Assembly: GCA_946486465.1 (NCBI GenBank)
Contig: CAMLTY010000003.1
Location: forward strand, 1 to 48,646
Origin: an uncultured Mycoplasmatota bacterium
GTDB taxonomy: Bacteria; Bacillota_I; Bacilli_A; RF39; UBA660
Direction: 5' to 3'
DNA: 48,646 nt
Made by a program: the position numbers and the translations under genes. Below are positions 9,529 through 14,977 of the stretch, piece by piece. The notes below the pieces were generated by a model that saw only the letters and a program-made list of their open reading frames with translations, did no database searches and was not told the origin of the DNA. Every line of letters starts with the position of its first letter. Positions within the stretch are counted from its first letter, which is position 1.

Positions 9529-9655
9529 ATCTAAAAAACACATTTTTTTGAAAGCATCTATTCTAATAGATGTATTCATTTTTATTTTATGAAGAATCTC
9601 TTCATATATGTATTGTATCACACTTTTCTATAAATTAATAGACCAATTTTTACCT

Positions 9656-9694
9656 AAAAACTGACAAAATATAGAATATAAATGTCAGTTTTTT
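9656..9694 (+). terminator. Terminator-like hairpin about 40 nt upstream of the ATPase gene (possible attenuator)
   Basis: AAAAACTGACA (9656-9666) pairs with TGTCAGTTTTT (9683-9693) across a 16-nt loop, followed by a T-run. Confidence 0.45.
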
Positions 9695-9736
9695 CCTTTA
9701 GTTCTATGTTAAACTTCACTAAAGGGGAGTTTTAAC

Positions 9737-11575
9737 ATGGTAGTCCAATCTATTTACTTAAATAAAGATAATGTTTCCAAGGACTCTTGGCAGGAATTGA
9801 TAGATTATATATGTAAATACAATGGGTATTTTAGAAAATTTAAAATAGTTATAGAAATATTTAATAATAAAATTAAATATTATCTAGTTACTAAATATAA
9901 AGTTCCACCAACAATAAATTCCATGGATGACTTTTTAATAAAAGAAGAGGATATAAATATAGAAATAGATTATCTAAAACATAAACCTATTATTTTAAAT
10001 ATAGATAAAAATGCTATAGAGCTTTCTGATATTAGTAGATTAAAACATAATAGGGAACTTAAATATATTATTATTAATGTCATACCTTTTTTTAATAAGA
10101 GACTATTTAAGACTTATTTATTCTTTAAAAATGGTAATAATTACATTAGAAGAAGATTTATGCTAGCAAGACCTACTTACATACTTAGTATTGATTTTAG
10201 TAATAATAAAAGATTTTCTTATGAGAAGAAAAACAAGTATTTAAACTTAGAAAAAATATTACCTTTTTTAACTAGTAATAATACTGGTATTTTTAGTGTT
10301 GATGCTTTTCCATATCTAAATAGTGATTTATATCTTGATTATAAAGATTATGACTTTTTTAAACATTCCTTAATAGTTGGTAGTAGTGGAAGTGGTAAAT
10401 CTAAACTAATTAGTCTTTTAATTAAGAATATAATGTTAAATAGTGATGATTATAAAGTAGTAGTAATAGACCCTCATGCTTCAATAGAAAAAGATATTGG
10501 AGGATTAGATAGGACTAAAGTAATAGATTTCTTTAATGAAAGTTGTGATTTGTTTTTATCTAGTAGTAGTGATATCGTTATTAAAAATGAACTGTTATTA
10601 TCAGTGTTTAAAAACTTAATGAAAGATGGATATAATTTAAAATTAGAAAGAGTCTTAAGATATACAATTAATCTATTGCTTGTCAAAGAAGATTTCTCAT
10701 TTCTAAATATTAGAAAAGTCTTATTAGATTTAGAATATCGTAATAATCTAGTAAAAGAGTTAACTCCTAAACTAAATGATACAGTTGTTTCCTTTTTCTT
10801 AACAGAGTTTAATGATTTAAAGACTAATTATTATAATGAGAGTATTTCTCCTATAATTAGTTTTATCGATGAGATGTTAGTGTTTTCTACTTTTGAGAAG
10901 AAAAAAATAGGCATAAGTGATGTTATAAAAGATAATGACTTAACTATATTTTCTTTAGATAGAAGTATTTTAGGTGATAATATAGTTAAGACTATATCTT
11001 CTTTAGTGATGGAAGAAATACTTGAAACTGCTATTGAAAATAGAATAAATAAAAAACTAATTTTAGTTGTCGATGAAGTATCATTACTTGAAAATCCTAT
11101 TATGGAGAGAATTTTATCAGAAGCAAGAAAGTTTGATATCGCCCTTATTTTAACAGAACAGTATTTTGGACAGATTAGTAAGAAGTTACAAGACTCAATC
11201 TTTGCAAATGTCATTAATTATTATGTTTTTAGAACTTCAAGAAGTGATGCAGTTATATTAAAAGATATCTTAGATATTAAATTTGCAAGAAGTGTAACTG
11301 ATGATGATAAGATTAACTTGCTTACAGGTTTAAATAATAGAGAAGTTGTAGTAAGAATAAGTAAGAATGGTAAAATTCTTCCTGTCGTTAAAGCGAAAAC
11401 AACTGATTTTGTGGCAGTTCCATTAATTAGAGATAAGAGAAACAAAGAAAATATTGTTAAGAATATATCCACTAGTATTAAGACAAGCTTTTCTAATTTT
11501 ACAACAAAAAGACTAAAAGATATTTTAATTACTTTATCTAATAGCAGAAAAAAAGGAAGTAATAAGTATGAGTAG
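9737..11575 (+). CDS. HerA/FtsK-superfamily (DUF87-like) P-loop NTPase with an unrecognised ~200-aa N-terminal domain
   Basis: Walker A is VGSSGSGKSKL (nt ~10377-10406), followed by VVVIDPHAS where HerA-type proteins carry DPHGEY. Walker B is LILVVDEVS, followed by ILTEQ. There are no TM segments. RBS is AAAGGGGAG. Confidence 0.7.
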   Translation: MVVQSIYLNKDNVSKDSWQELIDYICKYNGYFRKFKIVIEIFNNKIKYYLVTKYKVPPTINSMDDFLIKEEDINIEIDYLKHKPIILNIDKNAIELSDISRLKHNRELKYIIINVIPFFNKRLFKTYLFFKNGNNYIRRRFMLARPTYILSIDFSNNKRFSYEKKNKYLNLEKILPFLTSNNTGIFSVDAFPYLNSDLYLDYKDYDFFKHSLIVGSSGSGKSKLISLLIKNIMLNSDDYKVVVIDPHASIEKDIGGLDRTKVIDFFNESCDLFLSSSSDIVIKNELLLSVFKNLMKDGYNLKLERVLRYTINLLLVKEDFSFLNIRKVLLDLEYRNNLVKELTPKLNDTVVSFFLTEFNDLKTNYYNESISPIISFIDEMLVFSTFEKKKIGISDVIKDNDLTIFSLDRSILGDNIVKTISSLVMEEILETAIENRINKKLILVVDEVSLLENPIMERILSEARKFDIALILTEQYFGQISKKLQDSIFANVINYYVFRTSRSDAVILKDILDIKFARSVTDDDKINLLTGLNNREVVVRISKNGKILPVVKAKTTDFVAVPLIRDKRNKENIVKNISTSIKTSFSNFTTKRLKDILITLSNSRKKGSNKYE

Positions 11576-12266
11576 GGAAGATGCTTTAGTGATTATAAAT
11601 AAGATATTTAAAGCGGTTTTTTTAGTTGATAATAAAGATTCATTAGATGATATTTATAAAAAATATGCTTTTGATATTAAACTGCCACGAAAAGTATATG
11701 ATAGTATAACTCATGAAGAGACATATACTGATTTTGATAATGCTACTAAATTTATTACTAAAGATAATATGGAAAATTTAGATAGTAGTAAGGGCTTTAT
11801 GATGGAAAAAAGAGATTTTAATTCATTAGAAGAATTAATTAATACCTGGGAAGAGATTAATACTATTACTACAGAGCGTTGTTATAATTCTACATATGTT
11901 AGTAAAAGCGATACTATATATGATTCTAGTTATGTCTATAATTCTACTAACTGTTCTAACTGTAAAAATATAGTATTTTGTGATGGATGTGGGAGAAGTG
12001 AATTCTTATTAGCTTCTCAACGTAGTGGAAATTGTATCTTTTCTATTAGAATAGATGACTCTAATAATTGTAGTAACTCCTATAGTGTTATTTGTTCTAA
12101 TAAAATAAGCAACTCTTTATTTATTCAAGACTGCTTTAACCTTGATGAGTGTATGTTCTGCTCTCATATTGCTAATAAAAAGTATTGTATTTGTAATATG
12201 CAGTATGAAAAAGAGACATATTTTTCTCTCAAGAAAATAATTGTTGACTGGATTGTTAATTCTTAG
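11568..12266 (+). CDS. Cys-rich repeat protein of unknown function (232 aa), translationally coupled to the ATPase
   Basis: The start overlaps the upstream stop by 8 nt. The first 104 aa contain no Cys. The last ~128 aa contain 13 Cys in roughly 20-residue Ser/Asn/Cys-rich repeats, ending CMFCSHIANKKYCICNMQYEKETY. Confidence 0.75.
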   Translation: MSREDALVIINKIFKAVFLVDNKDSLDDIYKKYAFDIKLPRKVYDSITHEETYTDFDNATKFITKDNMENLDSSKGFMMEKRDFNSLEELINTWEEINTITTERCYNSTYVSKSDTIYDSSYVYNSTNCSNCKNIVFCDGCGRSEFLLASQRSGNCIFSIRIDDSNNCSNSYSVICSNKISNSLFIQDCFNLDECMFCSHIANKKYCICNMQYEKETYFSLKKIIVDWIVNS

Positions 12267-12320
12267 TATCATTTTAAAGTGTAATGCATAATATACTAAA
12301 GAAATTTATGAAAATAATGC

Positions 12321-12349
12321 TTGATATTTTTGTAAATTTATGCTAAAAT
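12321..12349 (+). promoter_or_regulatory. Sigma-A-type promoter of greA
   Basis: TTGATA (12321-12326), a 17-nt spacer carrying TGc, then TAAAAT (12344-12349). Confidence 0.6.
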
Positions 12350-12409
12350 TTTAGTCGTATTATGGTTAGGGAGACCTAGCCTATTATTATAAATTTTGAG
12401 GTGATTACA

Positions 12410-12883
12410 ATGGGAAACAAAAAAACAGTTTATTTAACAGAAGAAGGACTTAATGATTTAAAAAATGAATTAAGTGAATTAATAAATGAGAAAAGACCTG
12501 CTAATATTCAGGCTATTAAGGAAGCACGTAGTTTAGGCGATTTATCTGAAAATGCTGACTACGATGCTGCTAAAAATGAACAAGCACAAATTGAAGGTAG
12601 AATTAAAACTATAGAGAAGATGCTTGAAAATGTAGAAATAATTAAAGATATTCCTAAAGATGTAGTAGGACTTGGTAGTACAGTTTCTATTAAGTATGTA
12701 GATGATGAAGATGATACTGATGAATACCAAATAGTAGGAAGTCAAGAAGCTGATCCTTTCGAAGGAAGAATCTCTAATGAAAGTCCTATCGCTAAAGCTC
12801 TACTTAATCATAAAGTAGGAGATGTTATTACTGTAGAAAGTCCTAATGGAAGTTATGAGGTTGAAATAACTGAAATAAAATAG
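12410..12883 (+). CDS. greA: Transcription elongation factor GreA
   Basis: YLTEEGLNDLKNEL...IKEARSLGDLSENADYDAAKNEQ plus a C-terminal FKBP-like domain. ATG 12410 follows GAGGTGA. Confidence 0.95.
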   Translation: MGNKKTVYLTEEGLNDLKNELSELINEKRPANIQAIKEARSLGDLSENADYDAAKNEQAQIEGRIKTIEKMLENVEIIKDIPKDVVGLGSTVSIKYVDDEDDTDEYQIVGSQEADPFEGRISNESPIAKALLNHKVGDVITVESPNGSYEVEITEIK

Positions 12884-12917
12884 TCCATAGGGCTTTTTTT
12901 AAGATAAGGCACAGGCC

Positions 12918-13088
12918 TTATCTTCTATAAAATGGTGGATACATAGGATATACTGGATAGAATGGGTAGATTGGATAATAAAAGTTAGGTCTATTATAAC
13001 TACCTAGTCCATATCCTATAACACCCCCAACAATTAAAGGAATAAAACCATTTCTATTATTATTTTGGTAAATTGGTCTATTGTACAT
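12918..13088 (-). CDS. Unannotated 56-aa Tyr/Pro-rich small membrane protein (MYNRPIYQNNNRNGFIPLIVGGVIGYGLGSYNRPNFYYPIYPFYPVYPMYPPFYRR)
   Basis: My own reverse-strand translation. A strong AAAGGAGG RBS lies 8 nt upstream of the ATG. The ORF fills an otherwise empty 330-bp gap and is below the track cutoff. Confidence 0.55.
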   Translation of the reverse strand: MYNRPIYQNNNRNGFIPLIVGGVIGYGLGSYNRPNFYYPIYPFYPVYPMYPPFYRR

Positions 13089-13211
13089 AATTAATCCTCC
13101 TTTATTTGTAGTTTATGTCTAATAGTCAAATAGTAAAGTTTTTCTGCCTAAAAATTGTAAACTATTATTTGCAAAAGGTTAAGTTTGTGTTACAATTAAT
13201 TTAAGTTAGAG

Positions 13212-13730
13212 GTGATGATAGTGAAAAGTAAAAAGAAACAAAAACAAAATTATGTAATTTTAGTAGTTATATATATCGTAGTAATAGTCCTAGTTTTATA
13301 TTTAGCCAGTTTATATAATACATATAAGAATTATCAAAAGGAAATACCTGTCTTACAAAATGTTATTTCCGAAATTAATCCAAATGAAGTTGAACATTAT
13401 TTGACAGAAAATCCTTCTCCAATATTATATTTGTGTGCTGCAAGTGATAGTGAATGTAGAGAATTAGAGGAAACAATAAAGTCACCTTTAGAGAAGAATA
13501 ACTATGAGGATTTAGTATATGTTAATTTAGAAGATGTAGATGATAAGGCTTCTTTTATACAAAATTTATTAGATAAATATGGCTCAGATTTTAGTATTGG
13601 AAGAGTACCATGTTTGATTAAGTTTACAGAAGGAAAGATTACAGCGGTTGAAGATGGGCTTAATGGGGCATTATTAACTAGAGATGAAGCTTTAAACTTT
13701 CTTGATATTAATGATAAAGCAGGACAATAA
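13212..13730 (+). CDS. Membrane-anchored hypothetical protein (possibly thioredoxin-fold-like)
   Basis: Has an N-terminal basic stretch and a TM helix (YVILVVIYIVVIVLVLYLA). Start is uncertain among GTG 13212, ATG 13215 and GTG 13221. No CxxC motif. Confidence 0.65.
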   Translation: MMIVKSKKKQKQNYVILVVIYIVVIVLVLYLASLYNTYKNYQKEIPVLQNVISEINPNEVEHYLTENPSPILYLCAASDSECRELEETIKSPLEKNNYEDLVYVNLEDVDDKASFIQNLLDKYGSDFSIGRVPCLIKFTEGKITAVEDGLNGALLTRDEALNFLDINDKAGQ

Positions 13731-13757
13731 GTCTTGTTTTAGTTTGGAGGTGTTATT

Positions 13758-14279
13758 ATGAATCATATAGTTTTGTTTGAACCTGAAATACCACAAAATA
13801 CTGGTAATATCATGAGAACTTGTGTAGGGACAAATACAAAATTACATTTAATTAAACCATTAGGCTTTTCTTTAGATGATAAGCATCTTAAAAGAAGTGC
13901 AGTTAACTATATAGAAAAACTAGATTATGAAGTCTATGAGAATTGGGATGATTTTACATCTAAAAATAAAGGTGTATATTATTATCTAACAAGATATGGA
14001 AGAAAGCCTCATACTAGTTTTGATTATAGTAATAAAGAAAATTTAGATTTATATTTTATCTTTGGTAAAGAATCAACTGGTATTCCTAAAGAAATATTAA
14101 AAGATGACTTATCACATTGTCTTAGAATACCAATGACATCTAATATTAGAGCTTTAAATGTTTCTAATAGCGTGGCTATAGTTATATATGAAGCCTTAAG
14201 ACAACAGAATTTTAATGATTTACTTAAGGAAGAGCCGGAAGGTGGTTCTTTTAAAGGGGCAGATTATTTAGAAAGATAA
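13758..14279 (+). CDS. trmL: tRNA (cytidine/uridine-2'-O)-methyltransferase TrmL (SpoU/TrmH class)
   Basis: IVLFEPEIPQNTGNIMRTC, FGKESTGIPKEIL and LNVSNSVAIVIYEALRQ are typical of the YibK/TrmL family. Confidence 0.85.
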   Translation: MNHIVLFEPEIPQNTGNIMRTCVGTNTKLHLIKPLGFSLDDKHLKRSAVNYIEKLDYEVYENWDDFTSKNKGVYYYLTRYGRKPHTSFDYSNKENLDLYFIFGKESTGIPKEILKDDLSHCLRIPMTSNIRALNVSNSVAIVIYEALRQQNFNDLLKEEPEGGSFKGADYLER

Positions 14280-14309
14280 TATATATTAATTGCTCATACA
14301 AAAAAATGT

Positions 14310-14338
14310 TTGACAAACTGGGAAAAATGTGATAATAT
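14310..14338 (+). promoter_or_regulatory. Near-consensus sigma-A promoter
   Basis: TTGACA (14310-14315), a 17-nt spacer with TGa, then TAATAT (14333-14338). It lies inside the listed ORF start at 14329, which argues for the downstream start at 14368. Confidence 0.65.
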
Positions 14339-14367
14339 ATCAACACGCAGTAAGAAAGGAGCAATTA

Positions 14368-14631
14368 ATGGGTAAAATTCATTATCAATTTAGTTCAGAT
14401 ACTACACAACGTTTAGCAGATGCTAGATGTGGAAAGATTGGTTATAATATTGTAACAAAACAACCATATACAATTAGCCAAACTAAACATAGCGTTCAAG
14501 ATAATTTGAATGATTGTAATAAAGACTATAAACCATTCGATTTAGATGAGTTTTTAAAAGAAACTGAAGGACTAAGTTATGAAGAAATAAGAAACGGTAT
14601 GAATAGATGTTATACATATAAAAAAAGATAA
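14368..14631 (+). CDS. Hypothetical protein (87 aa)
   Basis: ATG 14368 (MGKIHYQF) follows AAGAAAGGAG. No family recognised. Confidence 0.6.
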   Translation: MGKIHYQFSSDTTQRLADARCGKIGYNIVTKQPYTISQTKHSVQDNLNDCNKDYKPFDLDEFLKETEGLSYEEIRNGMNRCYTYKKR

Positions 14632-14655
14632 TCGTTTGTGACGACTATCTTTTTT
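14621..14655. terminator. Bidirectional intrinsic terminator between convergent genes
   Basis: AAAAAAGATAATCGT (14621-14635) pairs with ACGACTATCTTTTTT (14641-14655) with one mismatch. It has an A-run on one side and a T-run on the other. Confidence 0.7.
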
Positions 14656-14658
14656 ATA

Positions 14659-14841
14659 TTAAGCAGCTTGTTTATCTTGTTTTCTTAAACTTCTGATTTC
14701 TCTTGCACTCATTCTAATTTTAGTTCCATCTTCAAGTCTTATTACTTGTAAATTTGGTTTTTGTTGTCTTTTAGTAGCATTTAAAGCATGTGATCTACTA
14801 TTTCCAGTTAAAGGCTTTTTGCTAGTAACTTTCTTTGCCAT
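14659..14841 (-). CDS. rpmB: 50S ribosomal protein L28
   Basis: MAKKVTSKKPLTGNSRSHALNATKRQQKPNLQ... is the classic L28 sequence. Confidence 0.95.
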   Translation of the reverse strand: MAKKVTSKKPLTGNSRSHALNATKRQQKPNLQVIRLEDGTKIRMSAREIRSLRKQDKQAA

Positions 14842-14877
14842 AATAATTCCTCCTTTACTAAACGTTTCTGCTTTATA

Positions 14878-14906
14878 ACTTTACCATATTTATGGTATAA
14901 AGTCAA
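14878..14906 (-). promoter_or_regulatory. Putative rpmB promoter
   Basis: On the minus strand: TTGACT (14906-14901), 17 nt with TGg, then TAAAGT (14883-14878). Confidence 0.5.
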
Positions 14907-14977
14907 ATAAAATCGCATAAAAATATTGACTCTACATACATCTGTATGATATAAAAGAAGAAAGGAGAGTGATTGTT

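Noticed and set aside
9286-9736. Hairpin-rich 450-bp spacer examined as a possible CRISPR array, tRNA or known ncRNA
   Set aside because: It contains only one 13-nt direct repeat and several unrelated hairpins. There is no regular repeat-spacer periodicity, no tRNA-like GTTCGA/T-loop features, and no match by eye to any riboswitch class I know.
12901-12924. 10-bp hairpin AAGATAAGGC/GCCTTATCTT after greA, considered as a bidirectional terminator
   Set aside because: On the + strand the T-run precedes the stem rather than following it, and the same is true for the A-run on the minus strand. It is therefore not a canonical intrinsic terminator in either direction. It overlaps the stop codon of the minus-strand small ORF.
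14329-14367. N-terminal extensions of listed ORFs. Examples: 14329, 3720, 1390, 12401, 14969, 19878, 22128, 23298, 25508, 27044, 27772, 29232, 31433, 36432, 40350(-), 44574, 46634.
   Set aside because: Downstream starts have proper Shine-Dalgarno spacing and give canonical family N-termini. In two cases (3720 and 14329) the upstream codon lies inside a promoter -10 region.
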